The notes below the pieces were generated by a model. It ran no database searches. It saw only the letters and a list, made by a program, of their open reading frames with translations, and had not been told where the DNA came from. Positions 10,296 through 19,179 of a DNA stretch of 63,319 nucleotides are shown one piece after another. Origin of the DNA: Ignavibacteria bacterium (GTDB lineage: Bacteria > Bacteroidota > Ignavibacteria > Tepidaquicellales > OLB5). Position 1 is the stretch's first letter, and each line of letters begins with the position of its first letter. Both the position numbers and the translations under genes were made by a program. The stretch spans positions 1 through 63,319 of the forward strand of contig JANWKI010000133.1 of NCBI GenBank assembly GCA_025451455.1, given 5' to 3'.

Positions 10296-10768
10296 CGGGA
10301 TTTCTTAAGAATGCATATCGAATAAGCTGCGCATCCCTGTTTTGTACCTATAAATCCAAGTCCTTCAGATGTAGTTGACTTAATTGAGATATGAGATGAC
10401 TTCATTTTGAGGGTGGAAGCAATATTTTTTTTCATTCTCTCTATAAAGGGAGAAATTTTTGGTTCTTCAAGGACAAGAGTACAATCAATATTCCCGATAC
10501 TAAGCTTTTTTTTCAAAATTAGCTTATTACATTCTGCAAGCAGCACCAGGCTTGAAATATTCTTCCATTTTGCATCGGAGTTCGGGAAATAATGCCCGAT
10601 ATCTCTAAGTCCTGCAGCGCCAAGCAGTGAATCACAAATTGAATGGAGCAAAACATCAGCATCAGAATGTCCTTTTAGTCCCTTTGGGTAAGGAATTATG
10701 ACCCCTCCAAGAATTAGTTTTCTTCCAGTTACAAGTTTGTGAACGTCATAGCCAAATCCAATTCTCAT
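10292..10768 (-). CDS. ispF: 2-C-methyl-D-erythritol 2,4-cyclodiphosphate synthase
   Basis: MRIGFGYDVHKL...GHSDADVLLHSICDSLLGA..., the canonical IspF signature, in a protein of 158 aa. Confidence 0.9.
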   Translation of the reverse strand: MRIGFGYDVHKLVTGRKLILGGVIIPYPKGLKGHSDADVLLHSICDSLLGAAGLRDIGHYFPNSDAKWKNISSLVLLAECNKLILKKKLSIGNIDCTLVLEEPKISPFIERMKKNIASTLKMKSSHISIKSTTSEGLGFIGTKQGCAAYSICILKKSR

Positions 10769-10940
10769 ATCAGCAAATATATCATTATTAAAAGATTCTT
10801 TTTATGCATTTAATACCGAACTGGAAGAAGAAATCCAATGTACATATGGGCATTAATCCCGCAATTGCATAAATTGTTTGTTCATGGTTTTGAATAGCAA
10901 ATAACCCCTTATTTAATTAATTTCGTACCATTCAAACAAA

Positions 10941-12308
10941 ATGGCAAAACCTGTTACAAAATATATCTGTCAGAATTGCGGTTATTCTTCTCTAAGATGG
11001 CTAGGCAAATGCCCGGAATGTGATTCCTGGAATTCATTCGTGGAGGAGATAGTCTACTCTGACAAACGGAAATTATCTTCAAAAAGCCATGATATTGTGG
11101 ACCTTAAAATTACAAATCTTTCAAAGATATCCGAAATTGATATTAGAGAAGATAAAAGAATTGTCATTGGAATGGAAGAACTCGATAGGGTTCTTGGCGG
11201 AGGAATTGTATCAGGATCTGTAATACTTGTTGGAGGAGACCCCGGGATAGGTAAATCAACTCTTATGATGCAGCTATCGGATAAGATCAAGAATAACATA
11301 ATTCTCTATGTTAGCGGTGAGGAATCACAAAAACAAATAAAGCTTAGGTGTGAACGGCTTGGCTTCGCGCATGATGATTTCTACATACTTTCCGAAACGA
11401 GCCTTGAGATAATCGCCGCAATAGTTGATAAGCTCCGCCCTGATATAGTTATTATCGATTCTATTCAGACAATTTACAGAAACGAACTTGAATCTTCGCC
11501 GGGAAGCGTTTCGCAGCTCCGTGAATCAACAGCTGCAATTATTCAGATCGCAAAAGCTAAAAATATTTCATTTTTTCTCATTGGGCATATTACCAAAGAA
11601 GGCGTTATAGCAGGACCCAAAGTACTTGAACATATGGTTGATACTGTACTGCAATTTGAAGGAGAAAGAACTCACGCATACAGAGTTTTAAGGGCGATAA
11701 AGAACCGCTTCGGTTCCACGAACGAAATCGGTATTTTCGAAATGACAGGTACCGGGCTAATTGAAGTTAAGAATCCATCGGAAGTATTTCTTGCACAGAG
11801 AAGCAGGGGAATATCCGGCAGTACAGTTTCAGCAAGTATGGAGGGTACCAGACCAATACTAATCGAAGTGCAGGCTTTGGTTTCATCTTCAGGATATTCT
11901 GTTCCGCAGCGTACTGCTACCGGATTCGATTACAAACGGCTGGCTATACTTATAGCTGTTCTTGAAAAAAAGATAGGGATACATCTTTCAAAATATGATG
12001 TGTTTATCAATATTGCAGGCGGAATTAAGATCGATGAACCTTCTATTGATCTTGCTGCTGCAATGAGCATTTGTTCAAGCTTTAAGGATTCACCTGTTGA
12101 GGCGGATACACTTATCCTTGGTGAAATGGGGCTAAGCGGTGAGATAAGGGCAATAAGCTTTGCTGACAGAAGAATTCAGGAAGCACTTAAGCTTGGATTT
12201 AAGAAAATCGTATTACCAAAGAGTAATTTGAAGAATTTCAAGCAAAACAAAGAGCTTGAATATATTCCTGTAGAGACAATTCAGGATGCAATCAGGCTGA
12301 TTTTGTGA
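10941..12308 (+). CDS. radA: DNA repair protein RadA/Sms
   Basis: N-terminal zinc finger (CQNCGYSSLRWLGKCPECDSWNSF), Walker A (GGDPGIGKST), KNRFG motif and a Lon-like C-terminal domain. Confidence 0.92.
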   Translation: MAKPVTKYICQNCGYSSLRWLGKCPECDSWNSFVEEIVYSDKRKLSSKSHDIVDLKITNLSKISEIDIREDKRIVIGMEELDRVLGGGIVSGSVILVGGDPGIGKSTLMMQLSDKIKNNIILYVSGEESQKQIKLRCERLGFAHDDFYILSETSLEIIAAIVDKLRPDIVIIDSIQTIYRNELESSPGSVSQLRESTAAIIQIAKAKNISFFLIGHITKEGVIAGPKVLEHMVDTVLQFEGERTHAYRVLRAIKNRFGSTNEIGIFEMTGTGLIEVKNPSEVFLAQRSRGISGSTVSASMEGTRPILIEVQALVSSSGYSVPQRTATGFDYKRLAILIAVLEKKIGIHLSKYDVFINIAGGIKIDEPSIDLAAAMSICSSFKDSPVEADTLILGEMGLSGEIRAISFADRRIQEALKLGFKKIVLPKSNLKNFKQNKELEYIPVETIQDAIRLIL

Positions 12309-12337
12309 TACTGAAGTATTCTCTCAATTAAAAAAAT

Positions 12338-13348
12338 ATGAACAGAAAATTCGTAACATTATACAGGCATATTATTGAACAGGAAAGGATACATCCCGAC
12401 GCTACGGGGGAGCTATCAGACTTGCTTGCTGATATTGCTCTTGCCTGCAAGCTGATCTCTCTTGAGGTTAACCGTGCCGGGCTGATAGATATTCTTGGAT
12501 TTACAGGCGGAGAGAACGTTCATGGTGAACAGGTGAAAAAGCTGGATGAATTTGCTCATGATACGCTTGTAAAAGCAATGGAAGTAAGCGGTCACTTATG
12601 TGCAATTGCATCAGAGGAAAGCGAGAATTTTATTCCTGTGAGCGAAAAGTTTATGGGTGAGCGCCCGATGAGCAAATATATCTGTCATTTTGACCCTCTT
12701 GATGGTTCATCAAACATAGAAGCTAATATCAGCATTGGAACGATTTTTTCTATATACAAGAGAATATCAAAAAGCGGCCCAGGGACACTGGAAGACTGCC
12801 TTCAATTAGGCAATCAGCAGGTTGCAGCCGGCTATATTATGTACGGTTCAAGTACTATTATGGTCTATACAACAGGTGAAGGTGTACATGGATTTACTCT
12901 CGATCCAACTGTTGGCGAGTTTCTGCTTTATTATGAGAACATTCAGACGCCGAAAAAATCCAGAACATACAGTATTAACGAAGGCAATTATTCAAAATGG
13001 GATAAGAATCTTCAGAGTTATATTGAATACCTGAAAGCTGAAGATAAAGATAAGGATAAACCCTACACCTCCAGGTATGTGGGTTCTCTTGTAGCTGATT
13101 TCCACAGGAATTTACTATATGGGGGACTCTTCATGTATCCGGGTGATAAGAAGAATCAAAATGGCAAACTCCGGCTGCTTTATGAAGCCAACCCTCTGGC
13201 TTTTATCATCGAACAGGCAGGAGGCAGGGCTTCAACAGGTAAGCATAGAATACTGGAAGTAGTGCCTCTGAATCTTCACCAGAAGACTCCGCTTTTTATC
13301 GGGAGTGCTGATGATGTTTTAGAGGCAGAAGAATTCTTAAGAAAATGA
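12338..13348 (+). CDS. fbp: fructose-1,6-bisphosphatase class 1
   Basis: DPLDGSSNIEANISIGTIFSIY, GYIMYGSST, YSINEGN and GGLFMYPGD motifs typical of class I FBPase. Confidence 0.9.
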   Translation: MNRKFVTLYRHIIEQERIHPDATGELSDLLADIALACKLISLEVNRAGLIDILGFTGGENVHGEQVKKLDEFAHDTLVKAMEVSGHLCAIASEESENFIPVSEKFMGERPMSKYICHFDPLDGSSNIEANISIGTIFSIYKRISKSGPGTLEDCLQLGNQQVAAGYIMYGSSTIMVYTTGEGVHGFTLDPTVGEFLLYYENIQTPKKSRTYSINEGNYSKWDKNLQSYIEYLKAEDKDKDKPYTSRYVGSLVADFHRNLLYGGLFMYPGDKKNQNGKLRLLYEANPLAFIIEQAGGRASTGKHRILEVVPLNLHQKTPLFIGSADDVLEAEEFLRK

Positions 13349-13404
13349 TGTTTAAAGAAAAACCTGATTCAGTTTTCAATTCTCCAAGATTAATAAACAG
13401 ATAA

Positions 13405-13698
13405 ATGCACTCCCCCAAAAAGATCAATGTTAATGATAAGCGGTATCTTCATATTGAGTGGAATGACGGAAGTGAAAGTATGCTTCTAATTGCGAACTTA
13501 AGAAAAAGCTGTCCGTGTGCAGCTTGCCTGACCGAAAAGGCAAATAAGCCCGCTACTTATATACCGCTTCTATCTACTGCTCAATTGACATTGAAAGATA
13601 TTAAGTCTGTTGGCACATATGCAATTCAGTTAACCTGGCAGGATGGCCACGATTCAGGTATCTATACTTACGATAAATTAAAAGAAGGAAAATATTAA
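13405..13698 (+). CDS. DUF971-type small protein (gamma-butyrobetaine hydroxylase N-terminal-like)
   Basis: 97 aa with the pattern LHIEWNDGSES...LRKSCPCAAC...IQLTWQDGHDSGIYTYDKL, characteristic of DUF971. Confidence 0.6.
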   Translation: MHSPKKINVNDKRYLHIEWNDGSESMLLIANLRKSCPCAACLTEKANKPATYIPLLSTAQLTLKDIKSVGTYAIQLTWQDGHDSGIYTYDKLKEGKY

Positions 13699-13716
13699 AT
13701 CAAATAAACTAAATTT

Positions 13717-14067
13717 ATGAAAACCAGGTTCTTAATTGCAGTATTTACAATTTGTTTTTTATCTGCATTCAGTTATTCAGAGGATACAATATCTTCAAAA
13801 GATGCCAAAAATTTTATTGGTGAACCTAAAATAGTAAGAGGTATTGTAGCTTCGGTTTTTGTTTCAAACAAAGGCACTGTGCTGATAAACTTCGATGATG
13901 TTTATCCAAATGCTTCTTTTGTTGCAGTTATTAAGCCGGAATCCACGTTAGACTATTTAAACATTAAAAAAGGTGTAACACTTACTGTTGGGGGATTAAT
14001 AGAGGAATACAACGGTAAGCCGCAAATGGTGCTTACCGAGCAGGGGCAAATAATTAAAGTCGAGTAA
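13717..14067 (+). CDS. secreted hypothetical protein, possible OB-fold
   Basis: Signal peptide. The C-terminus (GVTLTVGGLIEEYNGKPQMVLTEQGQI) resembles OB-fold (tRNA_anti-like) domains. Tightly spaced with its neighbours. Confidence 0.5.
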   Translation: MKTRFLIAVFTICFLSAFSYSEDTISSKDAKNFIGEPKIVRGIVASVFVSNKGTVLINFDDVYPNASFVAVIKPESTLDYLNIKKGVTLTVGGLIEEYNGKPQMVLTEQGQIIKVE

Positions 14068-14071
14068 CGTA

Positions 14072-14683
14072 TTGTATAGAAAAGTGATCCTCCTGAGTTC
14101 AGCTGTATTATTCCTTTTGATTGGAATTACATTAGTTATTATCGCATCAGCTGAAAAAGATAGCATGCTGACCGGTCTTCTTTCGGCATCAGTACCTTTC
14201 ATTTTCATCTCTTACTGGAATTTTTATACATACCGCTTTGAGAAAATCACCGGTTCAGACGGCAATTATTTTACTTATGGAAATTATCTTAGTGGCGGGG
14301 TTGGTATAAGTTACAATAAAACTACGGTTGTTCCCTTTTTTCTTGTAATGTTTATTTCAACAAGTCTTGCAATAGTCACATTTTTCCTTGCTGTAAACCG
14401 CTCGACTGAAGATTATGCAGTTGGTACACTGGGGTTAAGCTTCTTACTTTCAACATTTATTACGGTCTATTTTTCAGTTAGAATAAAAAACACATTACAA
14501 AGAGTACTTGCACAAAATAACTTGGTTGCACAAACTGCAAATTTAAATAGTAATGATGATGAAATTGGAAAAATGAATGATGAAATTGCCGTTAAAATTG
14601 CTTTCATTTTTGCAACAATTGCTACATTAGGGTTATTCCCCCTGGTATATTATATTATTAAGAAAGCAAGAAGTATCAATTAG
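14072..14683 (+). CDS. hypothetical multi-pass membrane protein
   Basis: Several hydrophobic segments and no recognisable motif. The start is TTG and uncertain. Confidence 0.45.
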   Translation: MYRKVILLSSAVLFLLIGITLVIIASAEKDSMLTGLLSASVPFIFISYWNFYTYRFEKITGSDGNYFTYGNYLSGGVGISYNKTTVVPFFLVMFISTSLAIVTFFLAVNRSTEDYAVGTLGLSFLLSTFITVYFSVRIKNTLQRVLAQNNLVAQTANLNSNDDEIGKMNDEIAVKIAFIFATIATLGLFPLVYYIIKKARSIN

Positions 14684-14721
14684 TTTATCCCTCAATAATA
14701 GCAGTTTTTAAAAACTTTGAC

Positions 14722-17250
14722 TTATCTTTTAACAACTATCATCGTCAAATCATCGTGCAATGGTTTTCCCTGGCAGAATTCAATGGTTCTATCCTGAATG
14801 GTTTTCACTATTTCTTTTGAAGAGCCATTTTTGCTCTCAATTAATACTTTAATGATCCTTTCCTGACCGAACATTTCATTTTCCGGATTCATAGCTTCTT
14901 CCAGCCCGTCAGTATATATCGCCAGCACAGACCCTTCCTCTAGCGTAATTGTTTTGCGCTCATAATTCTGATTCGGGAGAACCCCCAGAATCAATCCTGT
15001 AGCATCCAGAGTAATAATATTTCCGTTTATATCTGCCAGAAGCGGGGGATTATGTCCGGCATTGATATAATGAAGTAATTTCTTAGCTGGCTCCCAGGCG
15101 GCAATGAAGAATGTTATGAACTCTGAACTTGATGTGTTTTTATAGATATGGTTATTGATCCTCGAAATAAATGCAGGAAAATCCTCAGTAATTTCAAGTC
15201 CAACCCTGATTGAAGCCTGCAGGTTAGCCATTATCATTGCAGCACCTGCTCCTTTACCGCTTACATCAGCTATTACCAGGAAGGTATAACCTTCTTCGTT
15301 AGTTATTATATCATAATAATCTCCGGCTACTTCAAAGCAGGGTCTCACTTCGCCATAAACATCCAGACCCTCTATCTGAGGTACTTCCTGGGGCATGAGT
15401 CTTCGCTGGATGTTCCGGGCCATTTCCAGTTCCTTATCCATCCGTTTCTTATCAATATAATATGATTGCAGACTAAGGTTTTGAAGTGCTAAGGCTGTCT
15501 GGTTTGATGCCTGAGTCAGGAAATCAAGATCATCAGATGAAAAGTCCTCTTCATTCTGTTTTTTACCAAGGTTTAATACTCCGACAAGCTCACCCTGTGA
15601 GATCATAGGAATTGTAACAGCAATATCATTTTCCCTGATCCATTCAATTTCATTTTCATCGACGGTGATCCTGGATCTCTCCGATATTTCGTCCCAAAAG
15701 AACTTGTTCCCGTTCCTTATCCTGTGTATAACACTTTCATTATCATTAAAATTAAATGGTGCCTGTAAGCTCAGCTGATTGCCGACCGCTAACGGGATTA
15801 CAGGGTAGATGCCAATGGTTGACTGTATCCAGTCTTTCAGTTCCAAAAGCAATTCCTTTGATTCAATCTGTCCTGAGATCTTATGGATATACTTCTTCAA
15901 GGCTTCTGCATACTTGGTTTTTTCCGGATAAAAAGTTTCATCAATCCAGCTCAGTATTCTTTTGTTAATTGGAGTAAAAGTCAAAGATAAAAGAAGCACA
16001 GAAACTATGATTACAGTTGGATCCCTGAGATCAAAAATACTTACAGAAAGCCTTACTATTACAAAAATTGTGAATAAATATAAGCCAAGCATTCCAAGTG
16101 TAACACCGATATATCTTACCCTTCTCTTTAGAGCACCTTCGGTTTCAAGAAGCCTGTTCTGAAAAAATGAATTTAGGAAAGTGAATGGAATGATAAGACC
16201 GCTGATCTCACAAAGCAGAAAAATGAAAAGACTGGCAAGAAGGATGTTTGCGCTTATCCTGTATGCCAGGACAAATTGGGTAACCACTACAAGCAGCCAT
16301 CCAAACCCGATAACAATAGCGCCATATTTTATCCCGAAGAGCATCAGCCTTACCTGGCGTCTTTCCAAAGCATTGGTTACTCTTCTTGAATTTCTTGATA
16401 GCAGGATAACGCCGGAGGCCATTTGTACAAAGAGCAAGAGAAAAACCATAAATGTAAGTATTTTGCTGTTCAGATTCATAACTGTCGAGATTATTATAAT
16501 CAGCGGCAGAAGAAAAATAAACAAGAGTGATGTGAATTTGTGTTTTTCATAAATTCTGTTCCTTTTGGGGAAAGTTGCAAACAGCAAAACCCAGAAACTA
16601 GGGCCAAGCCACATAATGTATGTGACAAATTCACGCATTGTATCGAAATAAAGATAACTTCGTATAAAATTATCCGGAGCATCCCCCACGGTTACAGTTG
16701 CGTACATAAAGCAGCCAAAACAGAAACAGAATAAAGCAATAAGGATAGTTTCTGTAGCATAGGGACTTCTGAAAATTCCCCAGAGTCCCACTACCAGGTA
16801 TGCCATGAGAAGAAAAATCGGAACAGTACGGAATAAAAAGATCATTATCTTTTCCAGGGGTTGAAGCGGAGCGGAAGTAATTTCGTAATCCTTTGTGATC
16901 TTTCCCTGTCTGATCGTATATGTTACCTTTTTACCGATCTCCCTGTTTGAGATCTCTTTCCTTAATTTTTCTTTATCTTTAACCGATACACCATTTATTG
17001 AAATTATTGTATCACCAACCTGTAAGCCTGAATGATAAGCAGGTGAATTTTCGGATAACACTGTGACGATCAAATAGTCTATATCTTCTGACTCATTGAT
17101 ATATCGTACACCTGTTGTTCCGTCTCTGTTAATGTTAATAACAGAAATAAATCCCTGTGATGCGGCAATTAAGGAAAAAATTACAAGGAATATCCCAAGG
17201 AACCTTACAAAATATGAGATTATTAATTTTGGGGTTGAAATATCCTGCAT
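14722..17250 (-). CDS. PDZ / multi-TM / GAF / PP2C (SpoIIE/RsbU-type) serine phosphatase
   Basis: N-terminal TM plus a PDZ-like domain (NSPAYHSGLQVGDTIISINGVSV), then about 8 TM helices, a GAF-like region and a PP2C core (VAGDYYDII...ADVSGKGAGAAMIMANLQ...YTDGLEEA...DDLTMIVVK). The ATG at 17250 is preferred over the TTG at 17262. Confidence 0.8.
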   Translation of the reverse strand: MQDISTPKLIISYFVRFLGIFLVIFSLIAASQGFISVININRDGTTGVRYINESEDIDYLIVTVLSENSPAYHSGLQVGDTIISINGVSVKDKEKLRKEISNREIGKKVTYTIRQGKITKDYEITSAPLQPLEKIMIFLFRTVPIFLLMAYLVVGLWGIFRSPYATETILIALFCFCFGCFMYATVTVGDAPDNFIRSYLYFDTMREFVTYIMWLGPSFWVLLFATFPKRNRIYEKHKFTSLLFIFLLPLIIIISTVMNLNSKILTFMVFLLLFVQMASGVILLSRNSRRVTNALERRQVRLMLFGIKYGAIVIGFGWLLVVVTQFVLAYRISANILLASLFIFLLCEISGLIIPFTFLNSFFQNRLLETEGALKRRVRYIGVTLGMLGLYLFTIFVIVRLSVSIFDLRDPTVIIVSVLLLSLTFTPINKRILSWIDETFYPEKTKYAEALKKYIHKISGQIESKELLLELKDWIQSTIGIYPVIPLAVGNQLSLQAPFNFNDNESVIHRIRNGNKFFWDEISERSRITVDENEIEWIRENDIAVTIPMISQGELVGVLNLGKKQNEEDFSSDDLDFLTQASNQTALALQNLSLQSYYIDKKRMDKELEMARNIQRRLMPQEVPQIEGLDVYGEVRPCFEVAGDYYDIITNEEGYTFLVIADVSGKGAGAAMIMANLQASIRVGLEITEDFPAFISRINNHIYKNTSSSEFITFFIAAWEPAKKLLHYINAGHNPPLLADINGNIITLDATGLILGVLPNQNYERKTITLEEGSVLAIYTDGLEEAMNPENEMFGQERIIKVLIESKNGSSKEIVKTIQDRTIEFCQGKPLHDDLTMIVVKR

Positions 17251-17389
17251 ATTACAAAACAAGTGTAAATATACGATTTATTCAAGTGTAATTATTGGGT
17301 CAGTGCTAAAAATGTAAATTGATTTTTGTGTAAAATTTCAGGATATTTGTATTTTACTGTAAAAAGTGACGGGTTTTTGCTTCAAACCA

Positions 17390-17460
17390 GGACAGGTAAC
17401 ATGAGTAGGTAGACGAGTGGCCTGAAAAGTCCCGGTTTCATCGGGATTCGATCCCGCCCT
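17390..17460 (+). pseudogene. decayed tRNA-Phe-like copy
   Basis: GGACAGGTAACATGAGTAGGTAGACGAGTGGCCTGAAAAGTCCC...ATTCGATCCCGCCCT shares the 5' acceptor strand, the CTGAAAA anticodon loop and the T-loop with the intact tRNA-Phe 96 nt downstream. The anticodon stem (GTGGC/GTCCC) cannot pair and there is no 3' acceptor strand. Confidence 0.6.
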
Positions 17461-17485
17461 TAAAGATGAGTTTTGTTTTATATAA

Positions 17486-17558
17486 GGACAGGTAGCTCAG
17501 TAGGTAGAGCAACGGCCTGAAAAGCCGTGTGTCGGCGGTTCGATCCCGCCCCTGTCCA
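17486..17558 (+). tRNA. tRNA-Phe (GAA)
   Basis: Hand-folded cloverleaf: GGACAGG TA GCTC AGTAGGTA GAGC A ACGGC CTGAAAA GCCGT GTGTC GGCGG TTCGATC CCGCC CCTGTCC A. All stems pair; 73 nt; CCA is not encoded. Confidence 0.9.
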
Positions 17559-17569
17559 CTTTTCGTTTT

Positions 17570-17644
17570 CGGGATGTAGCGTAGTCCGGTTATCGCGCCT
17601 GCTTTGGGAGCAGGAGGTCGCAGGTTCGAATCCTGCCATCCCGA
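17570..17644 (+). tRNA. tRNA-Pro (TGG)
   Basis: Hand-folded: CGGGATG TA GCGT AGTCCGGTTA TCGC G CCTGC TTTGGGA GCAGG AGGTC GCAGG TTCGAAT CCTGC CATCCCG A. 75 nt. Confidence 0.88.
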
Positions 17645-17750
17645 CTGGAACACTTCAAAGATGCGTGACCCCTTCCAAAGCAAATCACTGATTGATTTGC
17701 TGAAAACCATCCAAAATTCCAATTAGTGATTTGCAAAACACTGCTCGTGA

Positions 17751-17852
17751 AGCAGGAGGTCATGGGTTTATTTTCTTTGATTTTGGTGTAAAATTAGCAA
17801 AATTTTATCTACAAAGATGCCTTTGGTGACTTGATTAGTGACTATGGATAAC
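17751..17852 (+). repeat. Repeat copy A: tRNA-like fragment (AGCAGGAGGTCA) followed 71 nt later by TTTGGTGACTTGATTAGTGACT
   Basis: Shares both end motifs, with the same spacing (71 vs 70 nt), with copy B at 21018-21124. AGCAGGAGGTC is identical to the anticodon-stem/variable-loop segment of the adjacent tRNA-Pro. Confidence 0.6.
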
Positions 17853-17944
17853 ACTCAAGTGCAAAACTTTTCAATCTTCTGGCGTTCCTTAACAAAGTTT
17901 TAATACTCATTCCCTATATTTGAATAAAATTTAAAATTGAAATA

Positions 17945-18862
17945 ATGAAATACATATCTTCTTTGTTATTACTGCTTTTCATTCAAAACTGCTTTGCGCA
18001 GAAGGTTACATTTATTGCTATGGGAGACTGGGGGCGAAACGGGAATTTCGGTCAGAAAGAAACTGCGGATGAAATGGGAATATATGCGGAAATGAACAAA
18101 ATTGATTTCATTATGACGCTGGGGGATAATTTTTACCCGACCGGTGTCAAAAGCACGGAAGACAGCCACTGGAAAACATCTTTCGAGGATGTATATACTG
18201 CTTCATCGTTACAGGTTCCGTGGTATATCACCTTAGGTAATCACGATTACGGAGGAAGTGTCCAGGCGCAAATTGATTACTCAACTCTCAGCAAAAGGTG
18301 GAAATTACCATCTCGTTATTACAGTTTTGTTGTAAGCATAAATGACTCTGTGAAAGCGCTGTTTGTAATAATAGATTCAAATCCTTTCATAAAAAGTTAT
18401 TACGAAATAAATACCGAAGACAGCGAGCTTAATAAAGGCTCTATTGAAGACTTGAAGAAACAGGATATACAAATTCAGCTTAACTGGATTGACAGTGTTC
18501 TTGGCGTATCCAATGCGAAATGGAAGATCGTTGCGGGACATCACCCAGTGTATTCCGGCGGCTCACACGGAAATACACCGGAACTGATCGAATCAATAAA
18601 GCCTCTTCTTGAAAAGCATAATGTAGATATTTACCTCGCGGGCCATGATCATGATATGCAGCATCTTAAGGAAACTGGCAGTGATGTAAATTATTTTGTA
18701 TCGGGCGCGGGGTCGCAGCTTAGAACAACCGGAAAAACCTCAAATACTTTATTTTCAGAAAGCCAGAACGGGTTTCTTGCTCTAACCCTGACCAATGCTG
18801 AAATTACAGCAAGCTTCATAAGTTCAGATGGGAAAGTTCTCTACAACACTGAATTAAAATAG
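17945..18862 (+). CDS. purple/tartrate-resistant acid phosphatase-like metallophosphoesterase (secreted)
   Basis: Signal peptide plus the five metallophosphatase motifs GDWG, GDNFY, GNHDY, GHHP and GHDH. Confidence 0.8.
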   Translation: MKYISSLLLLLFIQNCFAQKVTFIAMGDWGRNGNFGQKETADEMGIYAEMNKIDFIMTLGDNFYPTGVKSTEDSHWKTSFEDVYTASSLQVPWYITLGNHDYGGSVQAQIDYSTLSKRWKLPSRYYSFVVSINDSVKALFVIIDSNPFIKSYYEINTEDSELNKGSIEDLKKQDIQIQLNWIDSVLGVSNAKWKIVAGHHPVYSGGSHGNTPELIESIKPLLEKHNVDIYLAGHDHDMQHLKETGSDVNYFVSGAGSQLRTTGKTSNTLFSESQNGFLALTLTNAEITASFISSDGKVLYNTELK

Positions 18863-18979
18863 AAAATTTTATTATTCAAAAGTTTTATGCGGCTTTTTCC
18901 TTTGTTCATAAATTCTATGGTTTATATCGAAACTTGCATTTTTGAACTTAAAACAAGAATTTCGAAAGCTCATTTTAAT

Positions 18980-19005
18980 CCTTGGTGACGGTCTTAGTTA
19001 ATAAC
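18980..19005 (+). repeat. Repeat copy C (partial): CCTTGGTGACGGTCTTAGTTAATAAC
   Basis: Matches the right-hand motif of copies A and B (CCTTTGGTGACTTGATTAGTGACTATGGATAAC). Lies in the gap between the phosphatase and protease genes. Confidence 0.45.
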
Positions 19006-19179
19006 GGATTGTTAGATATGAGTATTATTAATTAATTTTTAACATAATCACAAATATTTTGTCTTATTAGAAATTCCCTAACTATAACCACTAACGTTTC
19101 TAACTTGAAAATTATCATACTATGATATGATATCTTCTTTTCTTTAGTCTAATTTTGAGTAAATAAAAGGAGGCGTATC

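Noticed and set aside
10847-10870. TGGGCATTAATCCCGCAATTGCAT upstream of radA as a possible sigma-54 promoter
   Set aside because: The spacing between GG and GC is wrong in either register of the GGG run (N11 or N12 rather than N10), and there is no TGACA-N4-TGTCA site upstream.
17438-17722. 94-aa minus-strand ORF
   Set aside because: It lies entirely over the tRNA-Phe and tRNA-Pro genes and is an artefact of the GC-rich tRNA sequence.
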